Below are positions 1-8,643 of a stretch of 64,000 nucleotides of DNA, in pieces. Position numbers and translations under genes: made by a program. This DNA comes from an uncultured Nitrosopumilaceae archaeon (lineage in GTDB: Archaea; Thermoproteota; Nitrososphaeria; Nitrososphaerales; Nitrosopumilaceae). The notes under the pieces are model-generated. The model did not search any database and was not told the DNA's origin. It worked only from the letters and a program-made list of their open reading frames with translations. The DNA lies in NCBI GenBank assembly GCA_964586685.1, contig CAZPGR010000006.1, positions 9,391 through 73,390 of the forward strand, read 5' to 3'. Positions within the stretch are counted from its first letter, which is position 1; every line of letters starts with the position of its first letter.

Positions 1-49
1 CTGTGTTATTTTCAGCGGATGCATCGCATCCACATGCTGCATCGGTCAT
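1..49 (-). CDS. 5' end of a gene running off the window (MTDAACGCDASAENNT...)
   Basis: Hand translation: ATG at 49 with an open frame to the window edge; TTTTAAAA TATA-like box at 73-80. Confidence 0.5.
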   Translation of the reverse strand, partial: MTDAACGCDASAENNT

Positions 50-114
50 ACTTGGAGGATCCCACGCAGGGTTTTAAAAGTTATCGAAAGATGTCAACAG
101 GGGTCACCTGATCC

Positions 115-999
115 CTATGACTGAGATTTGATATTCCCAAGTATTTCATTTGTGGATTGCATCAATGATATAGCTTGGTTGTCAACTACCATGGGATCAC
201 TTTCAATATCAAGCCCCACTTTTAGTACATGAATAAACTCTGGATTTTTATGAATCTTGTTTTGGATTTTAAGGACATTATTTCTGTTGACATAACCAAG
301 GTAAAAATAGCAGTCTGAGAGGAGCGAATTTTTCACAAAGTATTCATATTTTTTCTGGATGATTTCAGAATTTCCATTGTTTTCTGTCATGTCAGAAAAT
401 CCAATGGTCGATTTTACCATCCTTGAGAGCAGTGATGTCGATGACCTTTCTATTCCAAGTATTTGGTGGATTGTAGAAAACTTTTGGTTTACCTTGTCTG
501 TCTTCATGTCTCTCATGATTTCCATCATGTGAGTTGGGCTTGGTCTTTTCACATTAAGGCAGAATATTGCATCTGCCAAAGAATATGCCGCACATTTTAT
601 CCACACCCCTGCAAATGGATCTTCAATCTTGACAGAATCTTTTGCCTTGTTTGCAAGAATTCCAGCATCAACAAGACAACTCCTTGCGTATGATATTGTA
701 ATCTGTTCTTTTTTTTCTTTGATTTTTGACAACAACATCCTTAGCTTCCACTGGTCATCATTGATTACACTAACATCTTGCAAGTGATACAGAGTGTCAC
801 TGCTAGAATCATCAAGGGAATAGTGACGTACCTTGACAAAATCATCTTGGATGCGATACACTGTTTCTCCAGATTGTCCATCCATCACTATAACATCATA
901 CTCACAGCATTCAAATGCAGTTTGATCATTTCTGCATCCTCCAAAACCAACAGGAAAATCAGAAAGTGAAAGCAGTTTAGGAATCTGTTTTACATCCAT
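115..999 (-). CDS. hypothetical protein with a degenerate nucleotidyltransferase-like N-terminus
   Basis: 294-aa ORF; GFGGC...EYDVIV resembles the hG[GS]...hDhD motif of the pol-beta NTase fold. Confidence 0.6.
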   Translation of the reverse strand: MDVKQIPKLLSLSDFPVGFGGCRNDQTAFECCEYDVIVMDGQSGETVYRIQDDFVKVRHYSLDDSSSDTLYHLQDVSVINDDQWKLRMLLSKIKEKKEQITISYARSCLVDAGILANKAKDSVKIEDPFAGVWIKCAAYSLADAIFCLNVKRPSPTHMMEIMRDMKTDKVNQKFSTIHQILGIERSSTSLLSRMVKSTIGFSDMTENNGNSEIIQKKYEYFVKNSLLSDCYFYLGYVNRNNVLKIQNKIHKNPEFIHVLKVGLDIESDPMVVDNQAISLMQSTNEILGNIKSQS

Positions 1000-1111
1000 A
1001 ACAAATCCAGTTGGAGATTTTGCTATAAAGTATCAAAGCTGTTAAAATTTACAAATCCATTCAAAGGCAAAACGTTCCTTTAAATTGCTATTCCTTATGG
1101 CTTTAAGCTAA

Positions 1112-1187
1112 GCTCCTGTGGTGTAGTCCGGCTAAGCATACTGCCCTCTCAAGGCAGTGATCCCGGGTTCAAATCCCGGCGGGAGCA
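1112..1187 (+). tRNA. tRNA-Glu(CTC)
   Basis: Acceptor GCTCCTG/CGGGAGC, anticodon arm CTGCC-CTCTCAA-GGCAG, T arm CCGGG-TTCAAAT-CCCGG. Confidence 0.97.
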
Positions 1188-1207
1188 CTTTCATTTAATC
1201 AAAACAT

Positions 1208-1825
1208 CTAGTTGCCAAATGGCTGTGTTACATATTTTGCAAGCTGGTATTGTAGTGTTACAGAACCATCAGAGTTTGCAATCAGCGATACACCACGAAT
1301 TGAAAAGACCGAATCCGCAAAGTCTTTTTTCAGATCTTGTGTCATTTTGAGTATTCCAGTGTATACAGACCCATTGTCAGTAGGACATGTAACAGTTACA
1401 GACTCACCACTACCATATGCAAGGCAGTTATCATATGACGTCCCAGATGCGATGGTAGAGTGAGGAATTGTTTCAGCATTACCAGAATTTGTGGCCTGGG
1501 CCTCATCAGGAATTCCCTGAGGGACTACAAGGTATGACGCCACAGCTAGTCCCAGAATAAAGAATCCTGCAATGCCAATGGCAAGAAGCGAGAAATGAAA
1601 CGAGTTTTTCCTAGTCTTTGGAGGCTTGTCATGAATCACTTGGACAAGCGTTTGTTTTGGAGTAGATACCGAATTATTCACACAGTATTGGTGAGGCTGC
1701 AAAGCCGTAACATGGTCACATCTCTTGCATTTCTTTTGAGTGGACTTTCTACAGTCAGAGCATAATGCGTGGTTAGTTAGCTCTCCACCACATGTTCTGC
1801 ACGATTCATCAGGCATGACATTCAA
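1208..1825 (-). CDS. membrane protein with an N-terminal Cys-rich zinc-ribbon region
   Basis: Three CxxC motifs plus HQYC, one hydrophobic helix, then a probable extracellular domain. Confidence 0.75.
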   Translation of the reverse strand: MNVMPDESCRTCGGELTNHALCSDCRKSTQKKCKRCDHVTALQPHQYCVNNSVSTPKQTLVQVIHDKPPKTRKNSFHFSLLAIGIAGFFILGLAVASYLVVPQGIPDEAQATNSGNAETIPHSTIASGTSYDNCLAYGSGESVTVTCPTDNGSVYTGILKMTQDLKKDFADSVFSIRGVSLIANSDGSVTLQYQLAKYVTQPFGN

Positions 1826-1922
1826 AAATTTTGATTATAATTAAAGAATAAGAAGAACTTGTCCTATGAATTTCTACCTAAGACTTAAATGCAAAATCTG
1901 CAAGACTGGACAGACTTTTCGA

Positions 1923-2336
1923 TCAGGATACAGTGACCTGAGTGTGCAATACATCAGTCAATGGAATTGCAGAGAACAAATTATTCCAGACAAACACTTC
2001 GATGGTATAATGTCCAGTAGTCTTTGGAATCCAGACTTGGGATGCAGTAAATGATTGGCTTGGAAGCATTGATGCTGAGAATCCTTCTAGATAATCAGTT
2101 CCGCCACTGCTATCGATAACCTGTACTAGATAGGTAAATTTTTGTTCAGACTTGCCGTTGTTTGTAAGCGTAGATTCTACTCCAATCTGTTGTCCTGGAT
2201 GAAATGTAGTAACAGTTTGGCCTGTAGTATCCACCATGCTAGGCTGAGTCAATGTGATGTCGCTGCTCATTGCAAATGCAGACTGAGCAATTCCAAACAA
2301 AAGAACTGATCCAACAAGAAAAAGCGAGGTCTTCAT
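1923..2336 (-). CDS. secreted beta-rich (Ig-like) hypothetical protein
   Basis: Signal peptide MKTSLFL...SAFA; WIP...G.Y.IEVFVW pattern; start moved to the ATG at 2336. Confidence 0.75.
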   Translation of the reverse strand: MKTSLFLVGSVLLFGIAQSAFAMSSDITLTQPSMVDTTGQTVTTFHPGQQIGVESTLTNNGKSEQKFTYLVQVIDSSGGTDYLEGFSASMLPSQSFTASQVWIPKTTGHYTIEVFVWNNLFSAIPLTDVLHTQVTVS

Positions 2337-2422
2337 CAGTTCTAGGAAACGGGTATAGCTATAAAACAATTGCTTATGATTGGTAAGTAAAAAATTAAAA
2401 AGATTTCAAGATATCATAACAA

Positions 2423-2587
2423 TCAATCAACAACGACTCGCTTTACCACAATTTCGTGTCCTTCATAAATGTGTGAAGAGTGGTTTGCTTTTATGATTTC
2501 ATCCATTTTTTGATCCGTGAAATATTTTTCATTATACCTGCCTAGACTTTTTTTACAATTAAAACAGTAAATCTCTTTGAACTCCAT
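2423..2587 (-). CDS. 54-aa putative zinc-binding microprotein (not in the ORF track)
   Basis: Hand translation MEFKEIYCFNCKKSLGRYNEKYFTDQKMDEIIKANHSSHIYEGHEIVVKRVVVD; CxxC plus three His; fills the intergenic gap. Confidence 0.75.
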   Translation of the reverse strand: MEFKEIYCFNCKKSLGRYNEKYFTDQKMDEIIKANHSSHIYEGHEIVVKRVVVD

Positions 2588-2611
2588 ATACAAAAAACGA
2601 TTTTATTGTAT

Positions 2612-3181
2612 TTAAGACTCTATACCTGAAAACATGGGCTGGTCTTTATTTTGGTGGAATTGGATTTTAGAAACTTTGTAATAAATTACCTCTCCACGTC
2701 GCTCAATTACTGCAAGTACAGGTTCTTTTCCCATTGTAGTGATATCTTCGATTTGTTTTTGTAGCAAACTAATTTTTTCCCTTTTGCCTTCAGTCATCCC
2801 AAATACGACATATTTTGCACCCTTTTCCCCAAATTGCCCCCTCTCATAGACTCTAAAGTCAGACCCAAATCCAAAACCATCTTTTGCCACATATCCCCTA
2901 GTTCGAAGATCTCGGTATATGAGAAATTTAGTAAAAGAGTCTGGATCAACTTTCATACATTCTGCCATGAGAGAATCAAAATCAATTTCATGAGTGCCAC
3001 GGAATAGTTTGAGTTTGTCAACATAAAGCAAGTATAATGATTCAAACGGTTTGAGGAAAAATTTCTTTTTCATCATCTCCCCGAATCCTTTTAGTTCCAA
3101 GATGTGTTGCATATCTTTGTCAGATACAAGGACATGATCTTTTACCAGTATGCCTTCTACCTTTGACTCTAGTTCTGACAT
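2612..3181 (-). CDS. endA: tRNA-intron endonuclease subunit
   Basis: LIYRDLRTRGY and GFGFGSDFRVY motifs. Confidence 0.9.
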   Translation of the reverse strand: MSELESKVEGILVKDHVLVSDKDMQHILELKGFGEMMKKKFFLKPFESLYLLYVDKLKLFRGTHEIDFDSLMAECMKVDPDSFTKFLIYRDLRTRGYVAKDGFGFGSDFRVYERGQFGEKGAKYVVFGMTEGKREKISLLQKQIEDITTMGKEPVLAVIERRGEVIYYKVSKIQFHQNKDQPMFSGIES

Positions 3182-3277
3182 GAAACACTATCAAACATGT
3201 ATCAATATAACATTACTTTTTAGATCTTGCCAATTTTGCAAAAATCTATTTACCTCTTTTATTCATTGTTTGGCTAA

Positions 3278-4183
3278 ATGTCAAACAGGTATCTGGTATT
3301 TTTGCTAGCAGGAATAGTTCTGGTCTCTGTTGCTTTCAATTTTATCCAATATGAAAAAATGCAGGATCTCCAGCAAATCATTGTAGAATATAAAAATCAA
3401 AGCATTACAGAATATAAGAAACAAAATATCAACAATGAAACCATATCCAAAGTCATCAAGCCCACTCCCGTTTCAAATCCTGTAAATCAATCAAGTGTAA
3501 AAATTACCCCATTGCCTAATGCTAACGATACAAATTTCCTGTCAATATCAGCAGTAGCTGTAAGGCCAATACTGCAAAGCGATGGATTTTTTGAAACTAC
3601 CTCGTATGTTGGAACCGTATTGAAGATAACAGTAGAAATTCGTGATGGCACAGGATTGGTTCTTGTTAATACCGCCACACCCACAGGTGTTGATTTTCAG
3701 ACATCTGCAAGAACAGCAGTAATGATTGCTCAAAACTATACCCATGTTGACTTGACAAAAAAAGATGTGATATTTTCAATTTCGTCACAAAATCAAGAAT
3801 TACAAGCAGTGGACGGAGGTAGTGCCGGCGGGGCAATGACTGTACTTTTAATATCAGACATTTCTGGAAAACCAATAAACAGCAAAGTGTTGATGACTGG
3901 AACTATACAAGATGACGGCGCTATTGGAGAAATTGGTGGCGTGTCAGAAAAGGCAGACGCAGCTGGCAAGTATGGTGCAAAAATATTCTTGGTTCCAGTA
4001 GGTCAAGCAGTAACTCAGGTGCAGTCATGTAATGAAAGAACAGAAGGAGCGTTTACCTATAGATCTTGCACATCACAAGAAGTATCACTTTCAGAATTGA
4101 CAGAAAAACAATACGGCATGAAAGTAGTGGAGATCAACAACATCAAGGATGCCTTGAGTTATTTCAACTCAAACAGCACCTAG
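3278..4183 (+). CDS. membrane-anchored S16 (Lon C-terminal domain) serine protease without an ATPase domain
   Basis: N-terminal TM helix; VDGGSAG catalytic Ser; MTGTI...IGEIGGVSEK catalytic Lys. Confidence 0.88.
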   Translation: MSNRYLVFLLAGIVLVSVAFNFIQYEKMQDLQQIIVEYKNQSITEYKKQNINNETISKVIKPTPVSNPVNQSSVKITPLPNANDTNFLSISAVAVRPILQSDGFFETTSYVGTVLKITVEIRDGTGLVLVNTATPTGVDFQTSARTAVMIAQNYTHVDLTKKDVIFSISSQNQELQAVDGGSAGGAMTVLLISDISGKPINSKVLMTGTIQDDGAIGEIGGVSEKADAAGKYGAKIFLVPVGQAVTQVQSCNERTEGAFTYRSCTSQEVSLSELTEKQYGMKVVEINNIKDALSYFNSNST

Positions 4184-4247
4184 AAAGTGTGTTTTGTGAT
4201 CTCACGGTTAAAATATAGGGGTTTAATAAACAAAAAAAAGTGTTATT

Positions 4248-4754
4248 ATGCACGGAGCAAATTACCGCGTTGGAAATGGCCAACCATATACAAGAAAGAA
4301 GTACATAAAGGGTAAACCACAGATAAAGATTGCAAAATTTTACGGAGGAAAAAGAGATGGAGATTATGATTATTGCGTACAATTATGTTCTAACCAAAAA
4401 ATGCAGGTAAGACACATGGCAATTGAATCTGCAAGATTGTCTGCAAACAAGGCAATTGAAACAGTTACTGGAGAAACAGGCTACTATTCAACACTTAGAG
4501 TATATCCACACATTCTACTAAGAGAAAACAAGATGATCTCCACAGCAGGTGCAGACAGATTGTCAGAAGGAATGAGAGGTGCATTTGGTAAAGCTGTTAG
4601 TCTAGCAGCACGTATTGAAATCGGCCAAGTGATAATGGAGGCACATGTCAAAAAGGAACATCTCGAAGCAGCAAAGAAGGCACTCCACGGTGCATCAGTA
4701 AAATTACCATGCACTCCAACAATCAAAGTAATTCCGCTAAAAGCTGCAGCCTAG
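4248..4754 (+). CDS. rpl10e: 50S ribosomal protein uL16 (L10e)
   Basis: YPHILLRENKM...GADRLSEGMRGAFGK signature. Confidence 0.97.
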   Translation: MHGANYRVGNGQPYTRKKYIKGKPQIKIAKFYGGKRDGDYDYCVQLCSNQKMQVRHMAIESARLSANKAIETVTGETGYYSTLRVYPHILLRENKMISTAGADRLSEGMRGAFGKAVSLAARIEIGQVIMEAHVKKEHLEAAKKALHGASVKLPCTPTIKVIPLKAAA

Positions 4755-5026
4755 TCAGATTTTAACAGCTCAAGAATCTCTTTTTGCTTTTTGTGCAGAA
4801 TTTCAAGAAACTCTTCGAATTCTTCATTTGTAGGAGTACGCTTTAGGATTCTTCTGCACTGGTAATAAAACGAGTTGTACAATCTTCCAATGACAATCCC
4901 ATAACCAAATGAATCAGGATTTGATTTTAGTTCATCCAATGAATTTACGATTTTAAAAATTTCATCTGACTTGTCTGCGACCTCACTAATTTTTTGATTT
5001 ATTTTTCCTTCAAGTTGTTTATCCAC
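4751..5026 (-). CDS. hypothetical protein
   Basis: 91-aa helical ORF convergent with rpl10e. Confidence 0.7.
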   Translation of the reverse strand: MDKQLEGKINQKISEVADKSDEIFKIVNSLDELKSNPDSFGYGIVIGRLYNSFYYQCRRILKRTPTNEEFEEFLEILHKKQKEILELLKSD

Positions 5027-5107
5027 GATCTAGTACACAACATCATGTTAAAAAATTGTATTCCAAACAGTATCCTTTAATAGACTAATAATTTCTAAAT
5101 CGGTTAA

Positions 5108-5181
5108 GCGGTTGTAGTATAGCTTGGTTATTATGCGGGATTGCCAATTCTGCGACCCGGGTCCAAATCCCGGCAACCGCA
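5108..5181 (+). tRNA. tRNA-Gly(GCC)
   Basis: Acceptor GCGGTTG/CAACCGC, anticodon loop TTGCCAA; T loop reads TCCAAAT. Confidence 0.93.
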
Positions 5182-5182
5182 T

Positions 5183-5605
5183 TTACTTATGCAATCCCTT
5201 TCTGATTATATCCAATGCATTCTGAGCTCTTTCAGGCTTTGGCAGTTGTATCATGAACACATTGGCGCTTCCATATGCAGAATTGGGTGAAGACAAGGAA
5301 AGCATTGCAGTTTCTGCCAGCGCTTCAAAGAATTCAACTGCCTCATTTGCATAAATGAGAAATTTTTCTTCAATGCCCCCCTGTGAAAACTGCAATGTTA
5401 CCCTGACAAAAACATGGCCCAGTCCATCTTGAAGTATGTTCAGATTTGTTTCAACAGAGACTGGCCTTCCTGCAATTGTAGTCATTATATTGTGAAATTT
5501 TTTCTCATCTAAAATAATGCAAGGAACCTTTTTGCCTTCAAAATCAAATAGTGTAACTTCTTTGTGCCTCTCTAAAAGAAATTTTTCTAGTTCTCCGCTT
5601 GCCAT
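5183..5605 (-). CDS. hypothetical protein
   Basis: 140-aa ORF with no recognised motif. Confidence 0.7.
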   Translation of the reverse strand: MASGELEKFLLERHKEVTLFDFEGKKVPCIILDEKKFHNIMTTIAGRPVSVETNLNILQDGLGHVFVRVTLQFSQGGIEEKFLIYANEAVEFFEALAETAMLSLSSPNSAYGSANVFMIQLPKPERAQNALDIIRKGLHK

Positions 5606-5650
5606 GAAATAGATGTACAGTTACTTTTTAAAAAGATACTTGGCAAGATA

Positions 5651-7252
5651 TCAAATAATGCTCAGGGTCTTTGCCAAGAGATCTATTCTTTCATTGTCTT
5701 CTTCAGTGATTTTTTTGCTGTTATACTTGTTGTTAAAGTAAATCAAGTCCACGACTTTGGACTTGTCCATATTTACAACCGTGGCATTGTATGGCGTCTG
5801 GATCTTTCTGTTTGTAAGTATGACTAGCTTGTCCACTACAGCAGACTTTGAGATATCAGAGATTTGCTCCAAGTCAGGTATGCCCAGTTCATCTGCAATT
5901 ACAGCTAGTCCCACCTTTGATCCAAAATTATCTTGGTAGACTGCATCAAGGAGAAGGTTTTGTTTTTCTAGTTTTTGTATTGTACCCATCTCTTGGGCAA
6001 ATACTGTTAGGCTCTTGACTGCGTTTTTGATCTCTTTTTCGTTATTTCCAGTGTTTCTTCGTATTGTAAGAAAATCAGATATCGGGATATTCATTATGCT
6101 TCCACGCACTCGCAGTCCTGGATATGATTGCCTGATTGCTTCATCAATTACTGCTTCATCAATTTTTTTAGAATCAGACTGCATTGCTTTTTCCATTGCC
6201 TGGTACAAGATGTTGATAACAGAACGTACGTTTCTAAACTCTGTAAATTCATCATACAAGACCTGGATCTTTTCACCCAGTTCCTGTTGTTCTTCAGAGC
6301 TGAATTTGCCGTTCTTGTCTGCGTGTTTGATGTATTCAGTAATAATCTCGGCAAGCTCATCTTTTGAGTTTGATCCTGCCAAGTCTATTTTGTAATTTGC
6401 CTTTTCCAGCCTATCAAATACAGATGGATTGGTATTTTGAATCTCCAAGTAACCAGACGGTGTTGATATCAACAATAACACAGAAGCAGGAAGGTGAGCA
6501 TTAATCACGCCTTTTATGAATTCCACCGAGTCCTTGTTTCCATCAAGCTCATCTATCTCAAAGACAAGCACTTTGCCAAGGAATCTATGTGTCAGTCTGG
6601 ATATTGATGACAGCATCCCGATGAGGGTTTCCAAGTTTTTGACCTCATCAAACGAGTTTGAGATTATGTTTTTGATCAAGATTGACTCGTGATAGTTAAA
6701 CTTGTGGACAAGAAATGCTGACAGGTTTTCTAGAGATGCTGATTGTTTTCCAGATATGATGTCTTCGGTCTTTTCTTTTATTGTCATGCCAGTGAGTTTG
6801 TTTACAAAAGTATAGTCAAGTGCCTTTTTTGCAGAATTGTCTCCCTGTTCTGCATTTTCCCTTAAATAATTTAGAAACTTTGTTCGTAACTGTACAAAGA
6901 ATTCATTGTCAAATCCCTTTAGCATTGCATCGTATATTCCAGTTACACTCTTTGGCGAGATTGTGGACAGGTCAACATATGAGCACTCTACATTGTGTCT
7001 TCCTTTGAGGCTCTTGATGTGTAATGCCAAGTGAGTTTTTCCAGAACCGACATCTTGTACGACAGAGATTACTCTAAAATCGCCATTTTCTGCAGTCTTA
7101 CCCTCTACTTTTCTATTTAGTTCCTTGATGCATTCAAGTATTGCAGCTTTTGCCTCTTTGTGTCGCTTGCCTCCAAGTATCTTTGCATCTTTTTCTGTTG
7201 GGGTTGGACTACTTGGATATGGATTAGAATCTAAATGGTATGGATATGTCAT
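5651..7252 (-). CDS. AAA+/P-loop ATPase with a helical insert and a C-terminal alpha/beta domain
   Basis: Walker A DVGSGKT, Walker B LVFEIDE, Arg-finger-like VFDRL, sensor-2-like NVR. Confidence 0.85.
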   Translation of the reverse strand: MTYPYHLDSNPYPSSPTPTEKDAKILGGKRHKEAKAAILECIKELNRKVEGKTAENGDFRVISVVQDVGSGKTHLALHIKSLKGRHNVECSYVDLSTISPKSVTGIYDAMLKGFDNEFFVQLRTKFLNYLRENAEQGDNSAKKALDYTFVNKLTGMTIKEKTEDIISGKQSASLENLSAFLVHKFNYHESILIKNIISNSFDEVKNLETLIGMLSSISRLTHRFLGKVLVFEIDELDGNKDSVEFIKGVINAHLPASVLLLISTPSGYLEIQNTNPSVFDRLEKANYKIDLAGSNSKDELAEIITEYIKHADKNGKFSSEEQQELGEKIQVLYDEFTEFRNVRSVINILYQAMEKAMQSDSKKIDEAVIDEAIRQSYPGLRVRGSIMNIPISDFLTIRRNTGNNEKEIKNAVKSLTVFAQEMGTIQKLEKQNLLLDAVYQDNFGSKVGLAVIADELGIPDLEQISDISKSAVVDKLVILTNRKIQTPYNATVVNMDKSKVVDLIYFNNKYNSKKITEEDNERIDLLAKTLSII

Positions 7253-7827
7253 ATGTTCCTCACATATCCATGGACCAGTCCGCGCATTACAATTCCCTCT
7301 TGTCCTCCAGATGATATTTCGTATCTGTCTTGGTGGCTCTCAATCAAGTTTGTTGCCATCTGATAGAATTTCTCCTTGGAAAGATTTTGGTTTTCACAAA
7401 CTCTTTCTCTGATTTTATCAAATGGAACCCACCCTATAGAGGTCGAAGATTCATTTAGTGAACTGTTAAAGACTCCTTCAAAATCATCATTTTTGGAAAC
7501 GCCTTCTTTGAGTGAGGCTCGCTCTAGTTCTTCTTGTAGAACATCGGCATGTGCCTGCACTTTTGCAAGAGACTGACTTACACCACTGAGCATGCCAAGC
7601 ATTAGTTTGAATTTTGGATCATTTTGTGTGATATGCTGGACATAGTTTTCCTTGGTCCAAACAAAATACGCTACACCCTTTTTTTCAATAAAGATTTTCT
7701 CGTCTGCCTTCAACTCTTCGAGTACGCCTTCACATTCTTTTCCGAATGTTTTTTTCAGGTCAATCTTCTTAATTCCGCCTACTCCAGAAGAGCTGATTCT
7801 CTCGAGTATCTCCCCTTTCACAGGCAT
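7249..7827 (-). CDS. putative DNA-binding protein (wHTH, coiled coil, wHTH)
   Basis: Helix/wing patterns at both ends, central heptad segment; 4-bp overlap with the ATPase start. Confidence 0.65.
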   Translation of the reverse strand: MPVKGEILERISSSGVGGIKKIDLKKTFGKECEGVLEELKADEKIFIEKKGVAYFVWTKENYVQHITQNDPKFKLMLGMLSGVSQSLAKVQAHADVLQEELERASLKEGVSKNDDFEGVFNSSLNESSTSIGWVPFDKIRERVCENQNLSKEKFYQMATNLIESHQDRYEISSGGQEGIVMRGLVHGYVRNI

Positions 7828-7856
7828 GACTTTACAAAATTTTATTTAATATCCGA

Positions 7857-7894
7857 GGTGATACAGGGTAACAATTTGGTGAAAAATTGTTACC
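7857..7894. promoter_or_regulatory. phased GGT(A/G)A repeats with an 11-bp inverted repeat (putative operator or cis site)
   Basis: GGTAACAATTT-ggtgaa-AAATTGTTACC at 7867-7894; GGTGATA at 7857; GGTGAAA at 7878. Confidence 0.55.
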
Positions 7895-7971
7895 TCCTCG
7901 AGTGCCAGATGCGAGAGGTGGAACAGACAGAGATCAGTCATAATATAAGGCATAGTAAGAAAAGTCTCATT

Positions 7972-8031
7972 GCAGAATGATGATTGGGTATACTGATCTA
8001 ATGATGAATTATACCTGGGGTATCTGACTGC
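7972..8031 (+). ncRNA. box C/D guide sRNA
   Basis: C ATGATGA 7977-7983, D' CTGA 7993-7996, C' ATGATGA 8001-8007, D CTGA 8024-8027; terminal stem GCAG/CTGC; TATA-like TAATATAA about 25 nt upstream. Confidence 0.9.
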
Positions 8032-8076
8032 TTGAAAAATCAAAGATTAAATCCCAAAAGACCCCAATGAGAGCAA

Positions 8077-8454
8077 TTGGAACCACAAAACGATCCATGG
8101 AAAGACAAACTGACATCTGACCAGTATTTCGTATGCAGGATGAAGGGCACAGAACCTCCGTTTACTGGAATATACCACGATTCAAGGGAGAAGGGAATCT
8201 ACAAGTGCTCTTGCTGCGGGGCCAAATTATTTAGTTCAGATACAAAATTTGATTCAGGCACTGGTTGGCCAAGCTTTTGGGAGTCAATTTCAGACAATGT
8301 AAAGACTGAAAAGGACACAAGCCACGGCATGCTTCGAGTAGAGGTATTGTGCAAGAACTGCAATGCCCATTTGGGCCATGTCTTCGAAGACGGACCAGAG
8401 CCTACAGGTCTGCGATATTGCATAAATTCTGTTTCATTAAAACTTGAAAAATAA
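8077..8454 (+). CDS. msrB: peptide-methionine (R)-S-oxide reductase
   Basis: [28 protein letters not shown] and two CxxC motifs. Confidence 0.97.
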   Translation: MEPQNDPWKDKLTSDQYFVCRMKGTEPPFTGIYHDSREKGIYKCSCCGAKLFSSDTKFDSGTGWPSFWESISDNVKTEKDTSHGMLRVEVLCKNCNAHLGHVFEDGPEPTGLRYCINSVSLKLEK

Positions 8455-8518
8455 ATCATAGAGCATGGTAATAGCAAAGTTACCTTGTCATTAATAGTAC
8501 CGTATGATACCGTAATGT

Positions 8519-8626
8519 ATGTTAAATTGCGAGTTTTGTCCAAAGCAGTTCTTTGAGACTGCAAATGGTTTAGTAGCAAAGACTTTCCACGAGAGTCTTC
8601 ATGATCCAGAGTTAGTAAACAACTAA
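8519..8626 (+). CDS. 35-aa single C2H2 zinc-finger microprotein (not in the ORF track)
   Basis: Hand translation MLNCEFCPKQFFETANGLVAKTFHESLHDPELVNN; TATA-like ATTAATA about 25 nt upstream; T-tract downstream. Confidence 0.75.
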   Translation: MLNCEFCPKQFFETANGLVAKTFHESLHDPELVNN

Positions 8627-8633
8627 ACCCTGG

Positions 8634-8643
8634 TTCTTTTTTT
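8634..8643 (+). terminator. oligo-T archaeal terminator
   Basis: TTCTTTTTTT just after the stop of the 8519-8626 ORF. Confidence 0.5.

Noticed and set aside
7846..8043. 65-aa minus-strand ORF, and the overlapping 7624-7980 ORF
   Set aside because: They overlap the C/D sRNA and promoter elements and have no protein-like features
8077..8454. Possible selenoprotein MsrB with a downstream SECIS-like hairpin
   Set aside because: The catalytic residue is an ordinary Cys codon (TGC) and there is no in-frame TGA
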